Shown here: piece after piece, positions 25,160 through 36,800 of the stretch
How the letters are laid out: each line of letters opens with the position of its first letter
Numbering within the stretch: position 1 is the first letter of the stretch
Assembly: GCA_002633005.1 (NCBI GenBank)
Contig: NMRA01000015.1
Coordinates: 1,043,933-1,107,932 of the forward strand
Source of the DNA: Phoronis australis
Taxonomy: Eukaryota > Animalia > Phoronida
Length of the DNA: 64,000 nt
Direction: 5' to 3'
Notes under the pieces: generated by a model
What the model was told of the DNA's origin: nothing
The model's input: only the letters and a program-made list of their open reading frames with translations
Databases searched by the model: none
Made by a program: the position numbers and the translations under genes

Positions 25160-26178
25160 CATAGGCGGATTTAGGGGGCGGGCAGGGGTACGGACCCCGG
25201 GCCAGGGGTCCGCCCCTCCCCTTGGCTACCACAAAAAATAAAATAGCAAGAGCGTAAGGAAATGTTGAGTTTATTAATTAACCCCGGTAATTAACATTAT
25301 ACGGCTGAAACAAGATTTAAGTGTGTGCAGTTTTAGTGTGTTTGGGGGGGGGGCTGAGATCCAATTTCAAGTGTCAAATTCGGAACACGGCGCAATCGTA
25401 ACGGAACTATGGCTATGTATAGGCGCTCCTGCGACATCTCAGGCGACCGGCAGGGCGTTACGCGCTACAACTCTGCTTCCGTCGTCTGCTTCACTGTGCA
25501 ATGAAGAAAATTACTTCATTTTTTAAAGAAAATGGAATCTGAGTGATGATGAAAAAGCAAAAGCTGCTGGTAAGATGTGAATTTTAATCGAAACCTTAGT
25601 GAATCTCTCAGAAACTCATAATTCTCTCTTTTTCAAACCTTAACTTAAGACGATTTCCAAAGCAATCGCGTCATTAATGCCTACACACAAAAACGGATTT
25701 GGTCTTTTGGGCAATTGAAGACCATTATATCATAAATATAACAAATTTGTTACGAACTGATTGCACAAAGTATAAAAAGTGTTATAGCATTATAAAAAGA
25801 AGTAGGTTTCGTGCGCAAACGCTGTGGACCATAAACAAGTAGGTCTCTTAGTATCAAAATTACGAGTGGAATCGAGGTGGTGCAGTGATAACGCACGCGC
25901 GCTCTATCCGCCAGGTCGTGAATTCGAGTCTGTGGTAATTGCAGTTTTTCAAGTTTGACCCGTTCTCCGTATTTTTTTCCTTGGATGATACTTTAGGAAT
26001 CAAGAAAAATGCTTGATTATTAGAGGAAAAACAGAAAAATTTTCCTGGGTGGGAGAGGGGTTTGCCCCAATCCCGACCTCCCCCCATTCGGTGCTTTGCA
26101 CATCTACAATCGTGCTTTGCGCAAATGTTTACATACAAAACGTTGGCCCCCCCTTGTGATATCCTAGATCCGCCACTG
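25160..26178. mobile_element. hAT-like non-autonomous element (~1 kb)
   Basis: Ends cataggcggatttaggggg ... tagatccgccactg form an imperfect TIR with G/C-run subterminal tracts. gttttc flanks both sides (25154-25159, 26179-26184). An internal tRNA-like A/B-box segment lies at ~25876-25932. Confidence 0.7.
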
Positions 26179-27059
26179 GTTTTCAGAGTAGATTTTCGTG
26201 TAGGGGTTGAGGCCAATGCAGCACGGGGACTTTTACGGGAACGAAATGAAAATTTAGAGGCCCTCATTGGCACCCAGCACGGGTCCTGCAAGACTTGATG
26301 GAAAAGTACCGCCTACCCGAATTTTGGTATTCATGCCTGCACGGGCACCCCTTGTCAATATGAGTGACTCTCCGGCCCCTCCCGGAGTGAGCGGGTCTGA
26401 ATCCGGGCCATTTTGTATTAACCAGGAAACCCGGCAGGAACGAGAACTACAGCTGGGTGGCGTCCACCGGGGTTTCTACAAACTATAGGAGCAGTTGGTG
26501 GTCGTCGCGGGTAACTAGCTTTCCTCATTAAGAGGACAAACAATTGGATTTTGACTGAAAACATGACTCAAAAGATTAGCCAAATCCCTATTTATACAGG
26601 CAGACTGTCCACACCGTGGCATAGTATGAGCAGGTACGAATACGGTTGGTCGTCAAAGTTGGCGAGCTCATGGATGCTCATGACTGAGAGCGCCGGGTTA
26701 ACTTATCTCTCGCTTTCAAAAAGAAGAAAACTCACCAACGTTCTGATAGACACGGAGAAAACTGAATCCTAGATTTATGGAGTTTTATTTTCTCATTTAC
26801 TTATCAGTTGACAAATTATTTCAAACCATCCTTCCCTTGCCTAAAGTGTATTTTTTTCTAAAAAATATTATCACATCTTGATATTGACTGAATTGGACTG
26901 CAACCCGGACCTGTCGGCCGGTGAGTGCACTAAGGTCTTAAAACGAGTCGGGTACAGACCAGAAAAAGCTTGTGTTCTTGCGGCGCCTTGTCACACGCAC
27001 CACCTTGAACGAAATCCCCCAAAACAACTAAGGGCCTCGGCCTCATCTCTGACCGATAG

Positions 27060-27125
27060 ATGTCTCTGCAATTCAAGATGGCTGCGTCCTGTTGTTGCAA
27101 GTTGTGTTGAAATTATTTTTTCCCA
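27060..27125 (+). promoter_or_regulatory. Probable DIS3L2 TSS and non-coding first exon
   Basis: CpG-rich 26900-27060, YY1-type caagatggc at ~27075, donor gtgagt at 27126, next acceptor tttcag at 27800. Confidence 0.5.
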
Positions 27126-27820
27126 GTGAGTCAGAGAATAGTTATAGAAGTTTTCCAGCAAGCTGTAGCATCAGTGGTTTTTCTCATATAGATTTTCAAG
27201 TTCGGATTGTGCTTTATAAACTGTTCTGTTAAACATAGGTCTGTTATATCTCTAACTGTTCAACTGTTCACACTTCTCAATCTCAAGCCTTGGATTGTTG
27301 GCACTAAGACTAAGTCAAAGATACTAAATTATAACAGTTTAGCAAACACATTTCTAACTAAAGGTAAGTAAAAGTAAGCAAGTAAGTAAGTAAAACTTTA
27401 TTTCGACTGGGTATGGTGAACAGCAAATAATCATTAACATATGGTAGTGAGTCAACGAGAAATAAGGTGTATATGCAAGACAGGTAGAATATAAAACATA
27501 TGTATAAACAGATGGTACAAAACATTTGGTTAATATGTACAATGTAATGTACTATAAGCTACCTATACATTTTACAATAACAAGGCTAATGCTACACACC
27601 TAATGCATAATTGGAATGACACTCAACGTGTTGATTAGCCTCAGCTAAATCTAACAAAAATATGTCAAGGTCCGAGGTAGCCATAATTTGGCATTCTGAT
27701 GGGACACAGAACTGAGACCACAGGGAAAGTATTGACCAGTGAGTCACTGTTCATTGCCAGCCATTTAGATGTTCAGCCTACTCATCTGTAACAGTTTCAG
27801 CACAGGCAACAGATATTGTA

Positions 27821-30800
27821 ATGGCGGAGAGCCATCCAGAACTGAGTGTTAGAGATGAGTCAGAGCCAGTGATCCTGAAGTGTCAAGCAGAATGTGATAT
27901 CCAACAGGCTGAATGTGATCTCGGTGAGGGCATTTTTGTCAATGTTAGTTGTCGCTAATTACTGTGTTGATTGCTATGTTGAATATACAGTGAGTACGGA
28001 TAATTGCTCTCGCTTTGACTGCCCTCTTTGATGTGTGAGGTCCCAGGTTCAAAATTTGGCTGGAAAAATGGAGATTTTTTATTACTAGCACTCAGAAATG
28101 GTACAGTGTGTAGTCACATTGTGTTAGTCTCAAACCTAGGGCCTCGTGCGTCGAAGGGGCTATAAATTGCTGCTACTAAACAGCAATCAAAAGTTGTTAA
28201 TTGCGACAAAAGGCAGGTTTGCAGCCACTCAGTAGTGTAACTAGTCAACCAAACAACAATAACCCTTAGTCAAATGAATAAGAGTGGTCTTTATATTTCT
28301 ACACTCACTGAACATTATCTTCTACAGAGCTGGGAGCTGGGATTTCAAAAATAGGGCCTCCAAATGGGTTTCCTATTTCTCAGGTCATCCATGACCAATA
28401 ACTCGTGACAGGGTTTTTTATGACCCCAAGTAAAATTACTGTTACAGTGTGCAATGTTACTATGGAGACATGAGTCTGCAGTGAAGGTTTTTGTGTCTTA
28501 CATCATTTCTAAACCAATTTTCGTATTGTGTACTGGCCAGAGCTGCTAATTCAGTACTGGCCAGAGCTGCTGCTACCAAGTTAGGAGAGAAACCCATGCT
28601 TACTGGCTCACTTGGACTTCCAAATACTGAACAGGGCGTTCTAGCTGGGGTGTCTAACTTTGAATTCAGGTGCCCATTTGGACTCCCAGGACACATTCTA
28701 CTTAAAGGCCTGCCTGGAAATTGAATCCGCAGCTCCCCTTTTGTGAGACTTAAAGTGCAATTGTGGGAATTAAATATATAATCTTTTAAATAAATCTACG
28801 TCTGATTTAGGATCCATGGCTGCATCAGGTGGAGCAAGACCAAAGACAAAGAAATCTGTTGCTAAAATGTTGGAAGAGTCAGTGTCTAGACAAAAGGATG
28901 GTGCATTGGTAGTGAGTACTTCATCAAGGCAAGAGTTTTATGTACAACCATGTGCAATGGATGAAATAGCTCTTGAATAAGCTTAGTGGGCCAATCTCCT
29001 TTTTCAACATTGAATTCCAATCTTGAAAAACCTTACTTTTTGTTTGGTAACCGTTGCAATGTCATCAGTTCAGTTCGGCATACTGATTGTGTGATATTGT
29101 CAGTGTGCAATATTGTCAGTGTGCAATATTGTCAGTGTGTGCTATTGTCAGTGTGTGATATTGTCAGTGTGTGCTATTGTCAGTCAGTCAGTGGAATGTG
29201 CTTTTCTGATTCATGGATTCAGCTGCAATAGTCAGGAGCGAAACTTACAGGGAGCTATGTAGTGTTACAGAGAGCTATGTTAGTATTACGGGTAGCTATG
29301 TAGTGTTAGGGGGAGCTTTATAGTGTTATGGGGAGCTATATAGTGTTACGGGGAGCTATGTAGTGTTACAGGGAGTGTGTAATGTTACGGGGAGCTATGT
29401 AGTGTTACAAGCCCTCCTCCATTATTGTTGATTTGTATGGCATAGGGCGAATTATTGGGCAAGCAGATAACAAAATAAAGCTCACTTAAAAGTTATTTTC
29501 CAGAAATTTCATGACATAAAATTGTTCTTTTCTGTCATATTGTTTCCGAACTGAATAACTTGTTGTGTAATTTGTAGTGCATGATACTGAAAAAAATGTT
29601 GACCGTCATTGTGCTGGGTGGAAGTGTATCAACCAATTTGTAAGGGTTCTAGGCTCTAAGGGAAATCAGTGGGTCATACCCTCTTCCAATGTCAAAAACA
29701 CCAGTTTCATTTCTGACGGCAGTGTTCATTCTCTGTAGAACCCCTCTATAGTCGTGGATGAACCACCTGTGAATGACGACTGTGACAAATCAAACGTGCA
29801 GAAGAAGAAAAAGAAGAGGCATCGTGGAAATAGGAAGCGTGTTGAGAAGGAGCAGGAGACTGGCCAGGATAACCAAGTGACAAGTTTGAAGAGATTAGCA
29901 AAGGGTGTTGTTGGTGTGTTGTCTACGTTCTGTCATTCTGAACCAAGGTTTAAGTTTAGTAGAGCAAATAATGCACCCAAGGTTCCCACGGAACTGGAAA
30001 ATATTAAATGCCTTCGAGTAAGATGTGGAGACCCGCATCAACAGATAATGAAGAAATGCTCTATTTCTAGGTGTGGATTTTTGTGTCCAACAAATTTAAA
30101 GTCCTGTTTAACTGTCTAAGTATTCTGGGAGATAAAAGGTGTTTATTTTTATGTTTTGAACACAGGAGAGTATTAGGAAGACCTTCATCAATTTTATGTG
30201 CCTGAGGGCTGTGTGTATACTGTTAATTTTGTGCACCTGATTGATGTGTGTTTACTTTGAACTTTGTACTTTCACCACTGTCAAAATCATATTCAAATTT
30301 GGCGAACCAATCATTTCACCTGTTTAAAAAAGCTATTTGGATAGTATTGATTGATCATCTTAGTTTGTTGTCGATTCTGTCACCTTTGCTGTGCTTGATA
30401 ACGTTCTCTAAGAATCTGTTATGACTGATGCAGAATGACCCAGTTGAGCGAAGTGACCTTCAAAAGACTGTCTTTGAATTGGTGGCCACAGGTTTATCAC
30501 TACAGTTTTTACCTCTCCCAAGAGCACTATTATAGCGATTGTGTTGTAATGAGTTCTCGTTTTGTTCACCAATCATCTAAATTGGGCAAAGCTCATTTAC
30601 CAAAATTAGCTGTGATCAATTTGGGACGAAGAATTGTCACAACTTTCACTTTTCACTACGGCTTACTTGTGAACAGGGTGAAAAAATGACACACGTCACT
30701 CTCGACTTTTCCGTGCAACTGTAAATTTTTTTATTTTTATTTAATACAGTTTTTGCTTGAACTTCTTTGTAGACCATCTTGTCCTGGAACGCCATTTTCA

Positions 30801-33800
30801 CAGTGACAGTGAGATTGATCACAAAACAAAAGAGCGTCGCACCAGGCACAGTAGTGAGCATTTGACGGTTGAATACGATAAGGTAATATTTCATCCCAGT
30901 TTCTTGATGTGTTCTTTTACAATTTTGCTAAAACATTCTGTGGCGCATTCTCCTTCACTGAGAATTTATACCTTGGCCACTGTGGTGGTCTACATAGTGA
31001 TCTCATTTCTGGTTGCAGGTCAGTCTGAATACTTATTATTTATTTTAACTTCGCTAGTCTCTCACATTTAACTGCAAAAATACCGTTTCTTTATTTTCAA
31101 TACAACTGCATTGATTTGCTTACACAGATAATTCGATGAAAGGTCTATTTGCACTGACCTCTATATTGTTGCATCATGTTTGGTTGGCCATTTCTCACCT
31201 GATGATGGGTGGAGAAATTGCTGACTGAAATGTTGTACAAACTGACTAAACATGAATTACTTAATTCTACAAGTTCACTACATCAAAACTGTTTCAGGAA
31301 GTCACTGTTTACTTAATTGCTTTTGCTATAAATTTTGACGAAATTAAATTATACTTGTCCAACAAATTTTGTACTTAAAGCTGCACTTGGCCCTGTTTAG
31401 CTGGCTAAAAATGAAAATGGAATTTTAAAAGCCTTTTACTACATAAAACTGGTTCCAATATCCCTTACTATGACAAGATGATATTCCCATTACCAAAAAG
31501 AACATCGGAACCATCAGTGACTCAAGAAAATGCTTCAAAATTTATTGGGGTTGGCCAACCCTAAAATTGTGAATTCGAAAATGTCACATGTATTACCTGG
31601 GTCTTGAGTAGGTAACGGTAATATAATGCAATCTTGGTAAGGAATGTTATGAGACATATTTTGTGATAGTGAAAGGTATTGAATGCTAGTGGATACTGAT
31701 AATTGTTGCACCATGTAGAGTAATGTGACTGACATTCCAGTCCAGACTTGTAGCACTGAATAATCTACTGGATACTGATAACTGTTGTACTGAATTGTTT
31801 GTCTTTGTTAGTGATGTATGGATGTCTACGTATGTCAATACAATACTTTCATTGTCCTTTTATTTAACAGCTGAATAAATCCACACAAACATTATTTTCT
31901 AAGAAATTTTTTACGTTTAATTCAGTAACTTCAAAGGTCCTCAACAGATTTTCATAAAATTTTAAATATAGGCATTTATTGGTGTGATGACACTATCTTT
32001 CTGTTTTTGGATGGAATCGAGGTATTTTGCACCACCTAGTGGCCATTTTTTGCTGTTTTCAAGTCTTGTTTTTGGTGTCCACCCCTGTATCAACCAAATC
32101 ATTTGAAAATTGGCATATATGTTCTCAGTGTGAAGATGACCTTTGATGATGGTGACTGACTACTGTGGTAGTTTTGTTTTGAACCCATAGTTGTATCTCC
32201 TAAACCCACTGCAGAATCTTTACTAAATTTAGTAAGTGTATTTATATGAAGATAACAACAGACGGCGACGACTTTCAGGCAGATCCAACGGACACTGTGC
32301 CCACTAGTGGCAATTTCATTTCATTCTGTTTTCCTTTGTTTCTCTGAAGTTCCTTGACAAAGTGAAATATGGCATGTTCCTGTTTTTGAATGGATTGTAT
32401 GTTTTTGCGCCATCTAGTGGCCATTTTTATGCTACAAATAAATAACCGTAAAAGCACACCATTTGCAATGCATTTGTGGGCGCATTTCAATGCTCCGCGT
32501 TGCTCTTGTTATGTTTGCATCTGTACCTTCAAAGGTCCTCAACCGATTTTCATGAAATTCAGCACATAGGCATCCATTAATGAGGTGACACTATCCTCCC
32601 GTTTTCAGATGGATTCGAGGTATTTTGCACCACCTAGTGACCATTTTTACTGTTTTCAAGTCTGTTTTTTAGTGTCCGTCCATCCATCAACCGAACCACT
32701 CTAAGGATGATTGTGAAAATTAGCATGTATGTTCTTACTATGAAGAGGAGGCTTGACGATGATTTTCCGACGACTTTGACTACTGTGGCGCCTCCTAGTG
32801 GCAGTTTTGTTTGTTTTTGCACCCTTGGCTATATCACCTAAACGCTCTGCAGGATCTTTATTAAATGTAACAAATGTGTTTATATGCAGAAGTTAACAAC
32901 TGAAGATGATGATTGTCAGATGAGTCTGACTAACACTGCCCCCTAGTGGCAATTTCATTTTTTCTGTTTTCCTCTGTTTCTCTGAAGTTCCTTGACAATT
33001 TTCATGAAATTTGTTAAATAGCTTTCTTTTAAAGAAACGGTGACATTTTTCGGTTTTCAGATGGATTCGACATATTTTGCTTCATCTATTGGCCATTTTC
33101 TGTGTTTTCTAATCTTTTTTTGCTGTCTGCCCTCTGTCATCCAAACCACTCTTAGGACGATTGTGAAAATTGGCATATATATTGTGAAGAGGACGGTTGA
33201 GCATGATTTTCTGACTTCAATTAATGTGGCGCCTCCTAGTGGCAGTTTTTTGAGCCCTTGAATGTATCTCCTAAGCCCTTTGCAGAAGATGACAACTTTC
33301 AGGCGGATCCGATGAACCTTTGTCCACTTGAGGCAATTTCATTTTTTCCGTATTACTAAAGTTTCTTGATGGATTTTCATGAAATGTGCTATATAGCTTT
33401 CTGTTAAAAAACAGTGACATTTTCCAGTTTTTTGATGGATTCCAAATATTTTGCACTATCTAGTGGCCATTTTTATGATGCAAATAAACACCCTAGAAGC
33501 ACACCTTTGCTTTTGTTTATTTTCCCTTGAAGATGTACTCGGAAACATGCTTCTTGATGTTAGCTGTAGATTTAGCAACTGGACAAAATCGGATTAAAAA
33601 AATACTTCTCTTAGGAATGTCTCTTGAGGCTACCTGTTTTTATAAAATATCATTTTCTAAGAAATTCCTTGTCTTTTGAGTCTCTTATGTCAAGTTTATT
33701 TGTTTTTGCGTTGGACGCTTTCTTGAGTGACCTTATTGACTAATTATTATAGCACTCCTAGACTTATCAGCCACTTTTGACACTGTTGGTAGTTCTACAT

Positions 33801-36800
33801 GTATTCTAAAGTCCTTACTCTTTAATAAGTATTAAAAATATTTTTCTACTGGTTGTGTTACTGTTAGGGTTAAACATCAGTAGTGCCCGCGCAAACTGAA
33901 AGTAATTGGGCAAAATGACCTGGAATTCCAATCGTGACCCCCTGAGAGCAAGTGAAATTCATCAATCACAGTAGTCGCTTCTTATGAATGGTAGTCTACT
34001 GATAAGCTAACGAGGGAAAAAGTAATTAGTAAGGTAACATTGTTGTCAGGGCTAGCCAACGGAATTATGTTTGATTGCTTTCGGCGTGCATTGTGTGACT
34101 GTATTAATTCCCTCCTTGGCTATGTATTGGCCTGTGTTCATATTCACCGAATGTGTCTCGAATGTGTCTCGAGTATACAATAACTATTCTTTGTCATGAC
34201 CCCATTCTGTATGCTGTGTATCTGGAGTAGACAGGTTTTAGTTCTGTCAGTTACCGTGTGATTGACATGACCCTTGAGGTCAGGCCAGTGATGACGTAGA
34301 ACCATAGTCTGGAACGTTTTCCAGCCTAGTATATGTTTGTAAACTGATTGGGTAGATTCAGGAAGTTTTAGAATGTGCTAGAACATTGTGATAGACTATA
34401 AGTACCTAGACACGTGGTTAGTGAGCATCAGTTGCGTGGAGTTAATATTAATGGTAATGTTTGAGTTACTGTTAAAGGCAAAGGCAACACTGTTTCATGT
34501 CTTTTTTAGCAAAAGTAAGGTTCGTTGGTTATCCCAGACGTATTTTCCTCTTAATTACAGCTTTTCGTAATTTAATTAATTATTCGTTCTCTTCTCCGGA
34601 AGTGACGTTTTGGGAGGCAAGCATTTCGCGTCAATTTCTTTTCTTATAGCCTGACTGTGAGAGCTGCCGAGTCAGTCATTGTTCTGTCTCAGATGTGATA
34701 AGTTTGGCCGTCGTTTGCTATTGTTTACGAGTCAGTCAACATGCCACACTGTTGCTGCGTACGGGGATGTACTCATTATCGTCTCACGGACAGAGGAACT
34801 ACTGTCCCATTTGCCCGGCCGAGTGTACCGAGACACTCCCACCGGATAGTGACCTGAGCACACAAACTGCTTACATCCCGCCATGTGTCTCCCTCGCCAG
34901 CCACCTGGCACCTTCTAAATAGCTCCAATACTTTAGACAAGTCCACAATAAACTTATCAAAGTTTGGCTCACCGATATGTTCATTGAACGACAAACTGTA
35001 CTCTTCACTGACTGGACCTGTATTCACTCCCACTACTCAACATCGCAGCAGGGCTGCTTACAGGCTTTGGGCCATAATGAGTACATCCCGGTACGCAGCA
35101 ACAGTGTGGCATGTTGACTGACTCGTAAACAAAAGCAAACAACGACCGAACTTATCACAACCCAGGTAGATCAATGACTGACTCGACAGCTCTCATAGTC
35201 CGACTATATGAAAAGAAATTGGTGCGAAATGCTTGCCTCCCAAAACATCACTTCCGGAGTAGAGAACCAATATTTAATTAAATTACGAAAAGCTGTTATT
35301 GAGTTGAAAATATGTCTGGGATAACCAAGAATCTTATTTTTGCTAAAAATGACATGCAAAAAGGTTGCCTTCGCCTTAAAGAATGAGTCAACAGAGAGTC
35401 AGGTTCAGAAACAACAGGTTATTGAATCATGTTTAGATAATCTGTGGATCTTGTTTTATGTATATTGTGGTCCTTATATTTACTTTGTGTGTTTGTAGGT
35501 GAAGATGACATCTCAACAAAGAGGGAAGTATCAAACTGGCCAAGGAAGGAACCAACACTCAGGTAACATAATTTGCCGTTATTACTTTTCAATGCAGTTC
35601 ATTTTTTCCACGTAGTGAGTGACAAAGACATATTCCTTCATTCACTTCTACAGACACACAAAGACAAGAAAGACTATCATTCGAATCCAAGTATTTACTG
35701 TTATTCTCTGCAAGTGTGGTAAAGTCTACATCTACTGGATGCTCCATTACCACTGCAGCTAGTCATCACTTCTGACAAAGAAACATGCGCAAGTTTTGAA
35801 ACGTTATTACTACATGGTGTAAACATAAGAGGAATTTTCACTTTCACAAAGACATATTCCACTGATGTTTTGCCCATGATATCACAAAAAAACCAATACA
35901 ATGGAATCTGTCATATTGATCCAGTTTACCATGTTTTGATTAAAAGTAGCAAACTTGGTAATAGTCACTTACAGGCATCTTGCATTTTTAGAACCAGTTT
36001 TCTCCTCTGAAGAGCAGGCATCAAACTGGTTCTCAAAATCTAAGACTCTTGTAAGTGACTATTGCGGCAAACTCTGCAGTTGGAATAGCTTAAATTCTGT
36101 TTGGAAGTTATTTTGTTTCTAATTAAACCTTCTATAAGCCTACCCTCGGTGAAAAAAATTGATTTAGATGATGTAATGTTATAAACTGGTTTTGATCATT
36201 TTGTTGCTTACCCAGATAAGAGATTTCCGAGCTTGAAAATAACTTGCAGGCCGTTATTGACTTGAGACTATGCTCGGTTTGTTGGCTTGTCATGCAAGGT
36301 CATTTTGTATACCGACTCTGGTCTCGGGCACCATACCCAGAAGTCACACTCCTCAATAGAGGGCACCACTTTCATTATAGGAGGTGGTCTTAATCAAAAG
36401 CTAGTTCCTTCAACAGAAGGCGCAGTTTGTACCAGGTTTAGTAAATTTCCCAAGTTTCTGCTTATTTTTAGGAAGCTACAGAGGTAGACAGAACTCTGGC
36501 ATGGCTGGAAATAATTCAGGAACCCCAAGAGGGAAACAACAACGACAGGCAGGGGTAGGTTGGGGGAGGTGGTTGATTAGAAATAAACTTATTATTGTCC
36601 CAGAGGCAATATGTTTCACAATAATTGTAGTCATTTGAAAACAGTTATAGGAAATGGAATGCTGTGCTTCAAATATTACAATCAAATATAATATTGATTG
36701 GTTTTTAAAAGAAAATAAATCAAACAATGCTGAAAGGATATTGCTGTGGGGAAAATATTGGACTAATGTATTGAATGAATTGTGGGAGATGAGACAATGT

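Noticed and set aside
25876-25935. tRNA gene
   Set aside because: It has A/B-box-like motifs but no complete cloverleaf, and lies inside a transposon.
26591-26681. Minus-strand short ORF MSIHELANFDDQ... as first exon of the ankyrin gene
   Set aside because: There is no good phase-0 donor, and the exon at 18619-18581 fits the ANK repeat and splice phase much better.
29914-30119. Continuation of the 121-aa ORF as coding sequence
   Set aside because: The next exon needs a phase-1 donor at 29904 or 29913, so the remainder is probably intronic read-through.
35654-35690. Extra DIS3L2 exon after acceptor cttctacag
   Set aside because: Its phase is incompatible with the next exon, and the sequence is better explained as a Penelope GIY-YIG relic.
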